From Oikopleura dioica (taxonomy: Eukaryota > Animalia > Chordata), in NCBI GenBank assembly GCA_907165135.1, contig OU015569.1, positions 9,052,001 through 9,116,000 on the forward strand: a stretch of DNA of 64,000 nucleotides, written 5' to 3'. Shown here piece after piece: positions 26,610 through 39,794 of the stretch (position 1 is the stretch's first letter; the number at the start of each line of letters is the position of its first letter). Made by a program: the position numbers and the translations under genes. The notes beneath the pieces were generated by a model. That model was not told where the DNA came from and ran no database searches. It saw only the letters and a list, made by a program, of their open reading frames with translations.

Positions 26610-29463
26610 CTAAAAGCATGGAGTTGCACCAAAAGACATGAAACCCTCTTCACACTCGCAAACTTTTCAAGGTTATCCCGAATATATTGTTTTATTATCT
26701 TAAAAGCTATTTAACCTGTTCCTTCAGCTCCATATTGAACAATACATTTTCCATGATCACCACATTCCTTTGAGCAAGTCTGCTTATATTGATGCAAATT
26801 ATTATTTTTTGAAGTATTGAGGAAGTCCTGATTCAGAGAATAGATAGGACTGTTTTTGTTGATTCTTAAAGTCGTTGTTTGGGCAGTTGTCGAGAGTTTT
26901 GATGAAATCGGTTCTTTCGGAACGATTGGGTCCCATAGGGGTCGATCAACCTCAATCACTTTCGGTATTCCTTTTACACAAGCTGCGAACGATTGAAGAT
27001 ATTGAGCGTCACTATCACAAATGCAATTGTTCCAAGATCCTCCAATGTGTGTTGAGCTAAAAGATAAAATAGATGATAATTTTGAAATCATCTTACATCT
27101 CGCATCTTCCATATCCACAAGCATCCTCGTCAAAACAGTCCTCACCCTTTCTACGTAAGTGCATCTCAGTATTAATAATATCATCCATGTCTGTCCATTT
27201 CAGTGTTTCAAGTTGCTCAACAGCTTCAGCACCAGGCGCAAAATAAACTATTTCAAATACTCCATAAGACATAAGATGAAAGCGATTAACCTGCTGATGA
27301 TGGAATTTCAAAGAAGCCAATTGACCATCGTGAATTAATAGAATCGTAAAAAATCTTGATTGGTTGATCTTCTTGGAATTTTCGTAGCTTGTTTGTTTCT
27401 TCATCATAATGATATTCACCATTAAATTCGTTATTTATAGCTCCAGTAAGTAAGTAAATTGGCTTCTTATCTTCAATCGGTCTTTCTGTTGTTGTGACAA
27501 TCGTCGTAGTGAAAGTTGTCTCAATTTGAGATTTGGATACTACGCAGACAAACTTATCATCGACTGAAGGTTCCGTGTTATCCATGCAGTTGCACCTATC
27601 CGGGTCTCCTTTGAAATCAAAATGAAAACATCCATATTTGCAGGTATCATCTGATCGCTGGCACTTGGGTTTTATCTGGCACTCGTTTAAAATTTCGACT
27701 TCTCCATCTGCACATTTCGATGTATTTGCAGACGTTGTTTGTGCTATTTGAGGCTAGAAATTCACTCCATACATTGATAATTTTTAAAGAAGATAAGAAA
27801 AAAATTATTTCAAAGTAGGTGAATAAATTTTCGAAGCCATAGCCATTGTCGTTGTCTCTTCTGGTTTAACATCATCTCTCTCGACATACGCAGCGGGATC
27901 TTTGCAATATTGGACTTGATCAACATTACACTCTTCCCACTCAACGAACTTGTCATCATCGCTTTTTACGTAGCACCAAGGGCCAGACTCGTCTCCAGTT
28001 GGATTTCGACAGAAATTGTGATCTGTTTCAAGGATTTAAAAAAAGCTTATGAGTTGTTTTTTACAACTTTCATCTTTTATCCTCTGCCCATAGGTTGATT
28101 GAAAACTACAGTGAAAAGTTGTTCGATAATGCTTTCAGTGTATCTCTGAGAATTATCATCCCAACGAAGACACCTTTTTCCAGATTTTGTCCAATTTCGA
28201 TCACCTTTGTACCAACACTCGCCTGGCATCGATGGTCTTCAAATCGTTTTTCAAGAGATAGGAGCTTGAAGTTCAAGCCTTGAACAGATAATATTTTAAA
28301 AACGGTTCCTGAGAGGTGGTAAGGGAGCTGGATTCGGGTCGGTAACGGCAATTGTAGATGTCGTTGGCAGAGGCGTTGTCGTCGCTACTGTGGTTGTCGC
28401 TGGTGTAAGTGAACATTTCAAAGAATCCAAAAAATATCCATCGGGACATTCGCAGTCCACTAGTCTATCATCAATATCCCAACGGCACCAGCTATCGTCA
28501 CCACACGTGCAGGGCTCCTTCTCTTTGACTTCGCAGATTTTGACACCCCCAACTGCATCTTTAGTGAGACGCGCATTCTTCCTGAGTTTAGAACATTTTC
28601 ATGCTAAAGACGGTTTTTCGCTTTGTTGTAAACCAGCCTTGGGGTCACATGAGCATTCTAATTTGAGATCATCATCGTATTTGCATTTTCCATATCCGCA
28701 ATTATCTCCTGGATGGCATTCATCATTATACTAGATAAGAAATCATAATTATTTATTGACTCTTATCACTTACTGGCTCATCAATAGTTGCTCGGTTCAT
28801 ACAGACACCCTGATGCAAGACAGCTTCTTCGTCACAATTGCAAATGCTTTTGAAGTTCTCGTAATCACATCGAGGCCATTGACACTCTCCTAGGTGATGT
28901 GCGTCACACGTGCACTCAGTGCAAGTTGGAATATCGCATTCATCGAACTTTTCTAATTGTTTGGCAGTTATTCTAGACAGATACGCTAATGTACTGAATT
29001 AGATGCCTCATCAGAATTTACGATTGGGTTGACCCTTCACGGCAATAATCACTTCATGTCTAGGGCTTGCCAAACGTTCCTTATCGTCACTTGTATAACA
29101 CCAGGGTGTGTCCCCATGTGGATTTCGGCTGAAATCGGGGCTAAGTATTCAGCAATTCTCAAACTTTATAAATTAAAACTATCAGCCCGTATCAATAGTT
29201 GTGAGAGGTTTCGTCTGCATAAATTCTTTCGTGAAATTTCCAGAAGTCGCATTCAGCTCCTTATAACCAGATATTTTAACAGCTCCCGAATAAAAAAAAA
29301 GATCGGGCGAATTCACCAGTGACTCCGGATAGACACCTGATTTTGTAGTGCTCCATTTTCCGTTGTAGATTGTGCCATTTCTGTGACAACAAACATCGAC
29401 AGGATCACTCTCTGAAATCGGCAAGGCCTTGACGCCCACCAAAAGAATCGGGGAGAGCTTCAT
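26610..29463 (-). CDS. Secreted kringle plus multiple EGF-like/Cys-rich modules with Thr-rich linkers
   Basis: Signal peptide MKLSPILLVGVKA; kringle YNGKWSTTKS-GAECDFW...NYCRNPHGDTPWCYT...FDECDIPTC; repeated CGYGKC, CGDHGKC and CECPDGY modules; TTTT spacers; stop at 26610-26612. Confidence 0.75.
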
Positions 29464-29886
29464 CGAGCTTTCCTCTCGTTAACTGCTCAATAAAATCTCT
29501 ACTATGATCTCTGGACCTTGCAAATAGGTCGACAAAGCGAGGTGCGTGCCTAAGCGCCTCGATACTTGGGCGGTCCCCTATTCGCGCTTGTGGAATTAGC
29601 ACTACCAGATTACTAATTCCAGAGTATTATTATTCAAGCGCTGGCGCCTAATTAAGGCAAAAGAGAAAGTGCTCCTTCTAAATAATAAAAGGCAATTATA
29701 TCAAAAACCGAAAAATATAATCAGTATCGAAGAACATATTAATAGAGGAAGTCATCGATCACAAATTCAAGTGCCTTAGAGTTTCACCTTTGACGATTGG
29801 TACAGACCCCACTGATAGTATTCAGCGCAGAAGTGATAACACGCAAGCTCGCACAAATGTACAGAATCTAAGCAAAAAGGCGAAAG

Positions 29887-31353
29887 ATGTCAGAAAAAAA
29901 TCTCAAGATCACAATTAGAAAAACACCGAGTAAAAGTGATGATTCCTCGTCCCTTTCTTCCTCGACCGAAAATGCAATCTGGGAGGACCTGCAGGTATAA
30001 CTTATTTTTCATCTTTTCTGTTACAAAAAAAAAATTAAGCAATTCCAGAGTGGATCGCCATCTGCTTTTTCGATGGGTGGAGAATATTCGCCGATAACAA
30101 CGACCCCTCCTCCGGTTCGTAGTCTGGCTGATCTGAGAAATATGTTTTCAACGCTTTCCTTTGCTGCTCCCTGTGCTGACTGAAGGGTATCCGATATAAA
30201 ATTACTTTTTCCAACTTCTAGTTTCTCGTTACCCTTGACAAGTGAAAGTTCTTCATTCAAACTTGCTCAAATAGAAGGTAGACTTTTTCCGAAAACTCAT
30301 ACCATCCTTTTTGTAGGAGAAAATGAAGATCTAAAGAAATTAATAAACGAACTAAAACAAGAGAATAGAGATACAAATGACAGACTCGTGGAGATCAAAC
30401 AAGAATTGGAAAAAGAAAGAAGGAATAATATGCGTTTGGCACACAAATTCGAGCAAGATTTCGAGTTTCACAAGCAGCAGATAGTCAACGACTGCGGAAG
30501 GCACATTGAAGAACTGCAAGAAGAACACCGCGAGCACATCAGAAATATCGAACGCAAATTAAATACGGACCAAAGAAAAGTTTTTATTATTGAAGATTTG
30601 ACACGAGTCATGATTTTAAAGTGCAATAATCAAAAACCTTTATTGAAAACTATTGAAAGCAAAATATTTTTGCTGCTTCTGAAACAAAGAAGCTTCATGC
30701 CGAAATCGCGGACTTGACCAAAGATAAGCGCGATCTTACTTATGAAAACTCTTTGCTGAGAATAAGACTGAAGGCAAAGAGAGCCCCGAAGGAAAGTTCA
30801 TATTTAAAAACCCTCTAAAAACTTGATGAACTCATAAACCTTGTGAATGAACTCATTTATGAACGAATAAAAGGAAATATTGATATCGGGCAATTTCGTG
30901 ACAGCGATGCAGCAAAAAGCTATCCCAGGTTTGTTTCTATCGATAATAAAATAGTCGCTAAAGCTCAATTTCAAGGGTACTATGAGCTTGATGAAGATAT
31001 TTGTCATGAAACTATGGAGTACAGGCCTGCATATAAACGTCGTGAACTAGCTCAGGTTAGAAAACAAGCGGAGTCAGTGCATGATTATATCTTTGTCCAA
31101 GGGTCACCGGATTTGGCTGGTTTATAACAAGAACGACCGAGTTTGGAATTTCCAACCGACGAAAAAATTATTTTCTTCTGTATCTTTAATATTCATACGA
31201 TCAAGAGCCGTCTTTCCCACACTGATCTCGAGTGAAGCTGTTAAAATGGCCTCAAATGGACAAACCGGTTGGACAAAAATACCGCTTGATATCAAGCAAT
31301 CGCCGACTGCTGTCGAGATACCCATTCATATTGACGACGGTAGTGTCAATTGA
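29887..31353 (+). CDS. Hypothetical coiled-coil protein
   Basis: MSEKNLKITIRK first exon and a heptad-rich exon ENEDLKKLINELKQENRD...; exon structure only partly resolved. Confidence 0.5.
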
Positions 31354-31714
31354 GTTTCATTTTATTAACGAAAAAATTAAGAGTTATCAGAAGATGATGA
31401 CAAAGTTCCCGTCGTACTACTAGATGTCTAGAATCTAATCATATGAAGTTCTAAACTGTCAAACAAAAACTTGAATCAATAAATTTATTTTTTGAATATT
31501 TTTAATTACAGTAGCTACAGGTTATCGCCAGATTTTTTAAGGTTAGGGTCGCTCTTATCAGAAATCTATAAACTTTTGAGACTATTTTTCGATATTTTTT
31601 CGAGTTATAGAAATTCTCATCTATGTCTTCAATAATCAAGATGTTTAAAAGTTTCGGGTTTCTGAGCAAGGATCTAGTCGAGAGTTGTCGTTGCTTGAGT
31701 TCTTGGACATCAAG

Positions 31715-33560
31715 TTCGAACACTCGACTCCATTCGGTTCCTATAATCAAATATAACAAAGCGAAAAAGGAGCGGCACTACATTATACTGCGTAAGCTGC
31801 GAACATTCTGTTGGAAATGTTGGAGTCACACAAACACGATCTATTCCAGGTGCGGGACTTACTCCTTCTCTTTGTCCCCTGCGACTTCTTATAGATCCAG
31901 TTGAGTGGGAACCTAAAGGTCTTTTAATCTCCCTGCAGCAAATATGTACTTGTTGGTCGCCTGTCCATACCAGCAGGACGTCGTATTTTTTGGTTAATGA
32001 CCATGCAAAGCTTTTGTCGGAATTGCGTCGAAAGGAATGAATAGATAAACGGGTTCAGTACAGAGTTTGCCGCGCATCCGAGATTAGCAAAGTCCAAAAT
32101 AAACTTGAATTGCTGTTAGGAAGAATAGCTAAAATTGCTGATGACCTGCCACGTGTGAGCACCAGGAGTAATGTTCCAAACTTGGCACATGTTTCGAATG
32201 TGAAATGGCGTCCAACAGAAAATGAACGTAATCACTGTGCAGGTTATATGTAGCTTGAGAAATAAGCGACTATGAATTTGCGTAAGACCTGTCCTAATAT
32301 AAGAACAATTTTGGTGACTTTTTGATCTCGCGCTGACGCTTTCTTCGAACGGCTACGGCGACTTCCAGTTATACTTTTTGATGTTTTTCGCCCGGCGCGT
32401 ATTGAGATCATGATTATATTCGTGTAGCAGTAGATAATTACAATCAAGGGGATAACGTAGCCCAAGATGAATAGAACGCACAAATACTATGCAGAATAAT
32501 TAAGAAAGTAGCGGCTCAGAGCTATTGACTGCAGAAAGACTTACCTGGCTGAAGTGATTGCTGATGGGACAAAAATTTGATTTATACAGCTCATCGTCGA
32601 TTTCCCTCCAGCAGTAGTCCCTCCACGTCTCTTCTGAAATCATTTTATTCTTACTGAGAACAGGAAAGTTCGAGCTTTCGAAATAGACAATGAAGTACCA
32701 GAAATCAAAGTTAATTTGAATCACATTTTGGTTAGTGTTACAAATGTGCATTCCTCGCGAATATAGCTAGTTCTATTCACTGTCTCCATATTGAGTCAAT
32801 CTCTATGAGGCAGGGCTTTCGTTTATACCTTGCGTCTCATTTGTGAGAGTATATTCTGGCAGCTTGCATTCCGATATCTTGCGCTCCTCTTCGGTCTGGC
32901 ACAAGGAGCATTGGTGTGAATCTAGCGATATCGAGGCTGACCAATCCAGACGACATTCGTTGTTGACAAACTTCGAATGAATGATTGAAGGAACGGCTAG
33001 AAGAGTTGACCAAATGGATTCGTGTTCTGAGATTACCGAGAAATATGGAGATCGACCAAACGCATATCGTCACAATGGCGACGTAGCTTGGATGGTTTCG
33101 CGCTTTTTTTAATGGCTGCATTGTGTCCGGCGGCATTATCAAGATGAACCTGTCAACTGAAAGCATCACGAGGAAGAATACGCTCACAAAAAGATTTATG
33201 TTCGTAGCAGCGTTATGAAAGATGCATCCAAAGCGACCGTATCTCCAACATCCATGAAAAAGTCTTAGTTTGGCTGGTCGATTGACTTAGAAGGGAACTA
33301 ATTCAAGTGTCGTGTAGCCATTCCTAACGTCAATTTTAAAAGGTAAAATCGCCAGTTGAATTGTATCAGCTGCACAAAGGCTCAAAATGAACGAATTCGA
33401 AGCACTTTTGCGTTTGTTTTTGCAGTGCTCATCCCACAGGACGTACAGAATGATCAGATTCGAGAAGATACCGAGAGCGCAGAAGAATGCATAAGTCCCA
33501 ACAATGGGTACTACTCCGTGATCTCTACGATGTTCACATTGAAATTGAGATGCGGTGAAA
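31715..33560 (-). CDS. Class A peptide GPCR (somatostatin/opioid/allatostatin-receptor-like); termini approximate
   Basis: GIFSNLIILYV (TM1), ILSLCAAD (TM2), VMLSVDRF (TM3), FILGYVIPLIVIIYCY (TM5), FIFCWTPFH (TM6) and NSVLNPFIY (TM7). Confidence 0.85.
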
Positions 33561-33789
33561 GTGATCACAACTATCCTTGATTTTTATCGTACTCAGTGTC
33601 TGATCCCGGTTCTTTATTTTCTTTCGCTTGAATTAGCAAATAATCAGAATCATCTTAGAACCAGTTCCTGACCAAATGGACGGACAATGCGAAACACTCC
33701 CATTATACTAAAATAGTTTTACAAAGTCACATATGCCATCGTTTGAGAATGTAATATAGAATGATAAGTGCGGGCTGTCTCAGAACATA

Positions 33790-34253
33790 GTAAAAAATGC
33801 CTAAATCTGCAAAATGTCTCGATACTCGCGCAAATTTTGCTTCAACCAATGCTATCTGCTCATCCCCATATTTAGACATTCATCAGTAAATATGATCGTA
33901 ACGGATTCAAACAGTAACGTAAAAAAATCGTATACTTGATACCTCCGATGAAAGATTCGTTGGCTAATTATTATTGAAATTAAAATTTTTCTCAGTGCAT
34001 TCGAAAAATAATCCTTCATAAATTTGAACATACTTGTAGTAGCATTTGCATAATATTGTCCGAGATAAGTTCTGGCGAGTCCGTGACATCGAGAATAGGC
34101 TCTTCTAGCTTCTTATTCTTTCTGAACCACTCGCAGACAAGCACACGCTCGGATAGCTCTTAACTAAGTTAAGATGAATCGTTTATTGCCTTTCGAACCT
34201 TGAAACTCTTCGAGTGGAAGAATGTTCCTGCTTTTAACCGTTGTGCTTTCCAT
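33790..34253 (-). CDS. Possible small hypothetical gene, or upstream exons of the GPCR
   Basis: Phase-compatible exons MESTTVKSRNILPLEEFQ and ELSERVLVCEWFRKNKKLEEPILD...; no domain recognised. Confidence 0.3.
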
Positions 34254-36008
34254 ATTCTTTTTCAGTCATCGGTCTGCCTAAAATCGTTGATGAAATAGTC
34301 GCTTTGTTGATAAGTTTAAAATCTTTTTTCCTTTAAATTAAGAGGTTTATGATCAAATGGGATTATTAATGTAACATATGGAGAAAATCATGGCGTCCAC
34401 ATTTAGGACATTTAGAAACGTTCTTCAAAATTAGCTATTGTGAAAATTAAGCCCGTTATTTTTAAATAAATGCGGCTATTTTTTCTTTGCCGTCGTACGG
34501 TCTAAGACGCTACTTTCTGTTCCGGCTTGGGATGTCACTTGAGCGCATTATTTACGGTAGGCTGAGAATGTACAAATCGTCAGTGAACTGGCGGGATAAT
34601 CCGCAAAGTGTTTACTGGTTGACGTTTTGAAATAGTATTACTAAATATTACTGAATAGGCAAGAATCCGCTTCAAAGAGGATCAAACGGGCCGACCTGGA
34701 TGCTAAAATGCGCCGTCCATCTGTCCAGATCATCGTTTTATTTCTAAACATGATCACTAACCGTGATTAGATGCGTTCTCAAAAGTATTTCTTCCAAAAA
34801 AGAAAACGGCTATTTGATTCACTAGTAAGAGTTCTCAGTGAATGACGCAAGTAACATGTAAAGTGCCTCTACGGTATTGATTAAATTATTCTTACAACAC
34901 CGTACCTTATGCGAGCATGTTAAAATGCATAAGTAGCCTAATTTGTAGAAAAAATGAACTTGGGCTTCTTTTTCGAAGGCAATTGCTCGCTAAGAAGGTC
35001 ACTTATTGCTCATCGATCAGCCTTCAAGGTCGCAACTTTCGCTGAAAATTATCAGAGCTACTTTGACGAGGCGTTTGTTCAACGATTTTCGGAGCCTATT
35101 TGGTCGAATCAGAAAATGAAACCCTTCAATAGACGTATTGTTTAACCTTTAATGGCACGTTGAAATTTTAATTGCGATTATCAATAACTTACAGTAATTC
35201 CAAGCTAAATCCTCAGTAAAATCGCGTTTATCAATCAAAAACTAGAATCTAGTTTTCACACAATAGAAGTTTCTGAATTAAGATTTGCTGATCTCTCGTA
35301 TTCAACATTATTTTCTATCATAAGTTATGGTGCATAAGTTTCATAAATATTTCAACTCTTAACGCTTCAACCTTTTCTTGGATGCGTCAACACAAATATC
35401 AACCGTGATATTATTCAACCTTTTTTACTTGAGATTTTATCTTAGTCTAACAAATGTTTCCTAAATCGAAAAAAGTATAATGATCATTTATACAAATTTT
35501 CAACGACAAAAATTGACAAAATGCATAATGCATTTAATTTAAAAAACGGGCGTTGGCTTTACCTGCTTGTAAAAGAAGTCTTCTTGGTTCTGTCGAGCTC
35601 TTGAAAATAAGGAACAGATTTGCGTAGAAGATGACAGTATATCGATAGCTGTTTGAAATTCTCACGCCGCGAGTCAGACTAAAAAGAAGAAGGGAAATTG
35701 AGCGAGAAAACGCCACCGCGCGGCAGAGTTTTTTCTTAGAATCATTTTTTAACTTGAAATCAATAGTACGCTTATTAAAACACCTTTATTGAGCTAATTA
35801 TGAGCAAGTCAGGGGCATTGCGACAATAACCGATCTACTCCTTTATAATTTATGCGTCAGTTTGGACAGTACTAAATGAGCACCCAACATTGCCGTTCGC
35901 GCACATTTATGAGGTCACAGAGTTCTTTTTTCTCGGGTTGAAATTTTCTAGATCTTATTCTGCATTTTATTTAGAAAGAAAATAAAAGTTTAGTTTTTAA
36001 GTGAAAAC

Positions 36009-37742
36009 ATGGATCCACCGTCTCAAAGTTCGGATTGCGATTTCATCGAGCTTCAGGAATGTGTTCTACTGAATCAATCAATATTAACATCTTAGCAAGA
36101 AAGTCTTTACTTTGGAAGAGTTTCTGTGACATCGGCAAACGAAATATACAGACGTTTGTATTTTACAACGTCAGATTATGTTGAATTCGATGTCGCCTTA
36201 TTTTGAGCCTGGTCGGATCAGAAAATAGGTTCTTTGGATAATTTTTCCTAAATATGGATGCATTTATAAGCTTCCCGACTTTTCGGAAACTTCTCCCGGC
36301 GATGAACAGGACAATGTCTCTTCTTCGAGTCCAGATGGCAAAGGAAGGGCTCATTTGATTCCTAAGTCTTGACGTATTCGCCATATGATTCGGCTCTTTA
36401 TTACGCCCATTAAGAAGACAGTAACTCAACTACAAATGAATACGAAGATGTCGTTGTGATTTCAGGTTGACTGTAATTGATTCTTTTTCTTGCAACTTTC
36501 ACAAGATATCGGACAGTACGTTGAAATACCTGTTGTCGATGAGGATGTCTCGGACAGCACACCCGAAGATGGAGCAGAAGAGGCAAAAACAGAAGATACC
36601 TTGACTAAAAGTGCCGAAGAAGAAATATCCTACCGAAGACACCCGAATCCAATGCTACCGTGAAAGTTTTAATCAACAATTAACTTAATTATACTGAAAA
36701 ATTCTACGCATCGTTCAGTCGAAACATGAATTTTAGCAAATGATTGAACTTAAATATCAGTTTAAAATTGAGATCGAAGATCCAGTAGCTAGAAGACGAA
36801 GACGGCGACAGCAAAAAGCGCTCACCCTAGTCGATGAAATTTCGCTCTTCAACCCTTCAAATCTCCGCGAAACTCGCACGAAGGAATCTTTAAATATTGT
36901 TTCTTTATTTCTAAGTTAAAAAAGAGCGATATGTCTTCTTTTTCCTGAAATTTAATAGAGCTCAACAAATTCGTCAACCGTGCAGTTGACAATTATCAAA
37001 TTTTCGGAGTTACCAATACGAAATTTAAAGCCAAAAAGGTCCGCGACACTCTTCCCGACAACGAAAGTAAGTTGTTTATTAGAAAAGGGGTGGAAATGCT
37101 CGATGAGTAAGCTTCGCTCGTACGGTATTTTAATTTCCTCGCTAACCGAGTTAGAATGACGAAACCGGATCAGCTCGCGGCTCAGCGTGCTCAGCAGCAA
37201 GGCTCAACAATCAAACGATTGAAACTTGCTCACACAACAACTATCGTTCTGTTATTCTAAGCTACTTGAACCGAGATTAAACTGTCTTACAGTATTCCGT
37301 GGCAATCTACTAGTTACAAAAATATAAGCATTTGCTCTGTTTTGAAAATATTTCTAGCGATCCAGCGTGAGCAGCAAATCTTTAAAGTAATCGAAGAAAA
37401 AGACTGGCACACGTTTTTGAACATGGTTGAGGTAATTTGATAAACATACAGTTACTTTCTTGGTCTAGATAATGCGCTATTCGATACTGTTTTAGTCCCT
37501 TGAATTCGGAGAGGATGCTGCTCTTGTTCGCCACAGAAAAACAACTATCTTTATGCCTTATCGTTCACCATCTCCGGAGAAAGAGGTGAACTCACACTAC
37601 ATGCTCTTTCCTAATTAACGTTCATTATTAGGAGCCGCTTTATCCGACGCAATCAATGCTGGATCGTCGCCGAACGCAGAATATTGCTTTTATGCGAGGC
37701 TTTGGCGGAACCTACGGCAACCCCTTTGGTGGTGGATTCTAG
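36009..37742 (+). CDS. Hypothetical multi-exon protein with an acidic region and a short thymosin/WH2-like motif
   Basis: Exons include DIGQYVEIPVVDEDVSD..., ARRRRRQQKALTLVDEISLFNPSNLRETRT and a final ...GFGGTYGNPFGGGF*. Confidence 0.5.
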
Positions 37743-38053
37743 TTATTTGTAGTTTATCCGAAATAAAAATGACAACAATAAAAACATGTGTCTCCGTTTT
37801 AAATCTAAGAAATGAAATTCGCAACTTGAACTCAAAATAGCTTTATCCAAGGTCAATTTGCTTCGTCGCGAATAATGTGAATCCGCAAGAGTGGGCATTT
37901 TGAAACGGTTTAGATTGTGAAATTCTATCCACGAGTCCATCTGGTGGCTAGTTGATAAGACCAGCCACATCTCAGGTTCATTTGAAGAGCTTAAAACACT
38001 CAGACCTGGCGAGAAAAGAAACCCAGAAAATGCCCTATTTATTTTCTACAAAA

Positions 38054-39415
38054 ATGTTTTTTCTGCTGCTTGCTCTAGGAAAAGTTTGAGAGAATATTAC
38101 GAAAAATTCAAGAGTTATCGATTCTTTCTTGTATTTAAGTTCTGCTGAAAGTATCAAATATTTTCGAAATTCCAAAAAGTACATGAAATATCGGGTAATC
38201 AAGAATTGGTCAGTCTTTTTCCTGACGATTACGAAGATTACCAGGATAATAGGGCGATGGGAAGAGACAATCTACTTGCAAGAACATCGTATACATATTT
38301 GCAGCAAGATCTTAACCTCTCTACCGATCACTTTCGCAAAATCGTTTTCACTGATTTCTCGGAGTGCATTGTTATTAATGAAGATGAAGCGGTAATTATC
38401 CAAGGAAATACAAGAGAATTGTAATTTTTAAGATTAAATACCGATACCACTGCAACGAAGGCGTCTTCACTGTGGAAGTAGCTGCGTAAGTTATATAAAC
38501 TAGTGTGATATTTTTTGTTCAAAAATAAATTCAGATGCACACAACTGCAAAATAAATGGGTCATCCGATTCGACGCCTTGGATCGTTTAGGTGGCTGTAT
38601 TAACGTTATTGAGCATAACGAGCACAAGAGTATCGTAACTCAGGTAAACAACGAGAAATATTCCTCGAGGCACTCAATAACATCTGCTGTAGGTTGGCAA
38701 ATGTGGAACAAAATACCGCAAAGAAAACGGCTGGATATTCATCACGAATCAGCTGCATATTTTTCGATCGGTTGATGATCAAGCGCAGGATCACAACGGT
38801 TACAATTTGACATGCGCGTACGAAGAGATTTTAGAATTCGAATACGACCTTAGCGGAGTTAATGAGGAAGGCTCATTCAACGATGTTACTGTCAACTTTT
38901 TCGAATCCTCGAATTTTCTGAATCCACTCCCATCTTTGAACTTCGAAATAGGCGAGGAAGTATTCTTCTCCTTCACCTGGAATGAAAATAATAATCTTCT
39001 CAACTACGCAATCAGTCGATGTGCCTTGAAAGACAAGAAGCTAAAGAAAAATTTTCCCTTTCTTGAAGGGGTAAGCATATTGCATTGGAAAAAGAAATGG
39101 ACTTCGTTTTAGGGTTGCGTTAACTCGCTCGTCGGAGCTAATCGCTACAATGACTATCTTCTGTCTACTTCTGAGCAGCAGCGCTTCAGTTTCGTCGCCT
39201 TTACGTTCCCCGACAGTGACAACCAACTCACTCTAGCGTGTCAGGAAAAGGCTAACACAGAAACTAAAAGTGCCCCAAAAATTTTATATGAGCCTACAAA
39301 AAACTATTTAGAAAGATTCATCTCTAGTCCTGCTAAGATAAATTACTGCTTGAAAACGGAGGAGACGTGTGGAATCGGTCCACGAACATGCAATACTGGA
39401 TATCTCATTCCATGA
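38054..39415 (+). CDS. Secreted zona pellucida (ZP)-domain protein
   Basis: Signal-like MFFLLLALG; ZP-like FDLTCAYEE, EIGEEVFFSFTW, YAISRCAL, FLEG-GCVN and RFSFVAFTFPDSDNQLTLAC; no transmembrane anchor seen. Confidence 0.7.
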
Positions 39416-39794
39416 AGACCCGGCTAGCACCGTAGACGAAAATTTCAACGCGAAATGTTTCGTGATGTCTGTATAGTAATCGTAATAAATGTAATTGCCT
39501 TTCGTAAATGAAAATGCACCTGCAAACTCAGAGAAGCTAAAGAGGAGACAAGACTTTTCTTGTGTTCCTTTTTTCCAATTGAAATGACCCAACATAACTG
39601 AGATTTATTCCTTCTGAGGGAATCGGAACGTGAAGAAAAAAGAGTGAATTTATATAAGTAAAGGCAGTGAAGAAGAAACAAGGGTCATTCTTCGGAAGGG
39701 TCATAGTCTTGGCGGGGTAAGGGACGACGTTGAGCCTTGATCAAATCTTGACCTTTGTGAAAGTGCTCGAAATAGTTACAATGAGTTCCGGAAG

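Noticed and set aside
34400-35950. 1.5-kb AT-rich gap with short ORFs
   Set aside because: No convincing exon chain, RNA gene or repeat; probably regulatory DNA between divergent genes.
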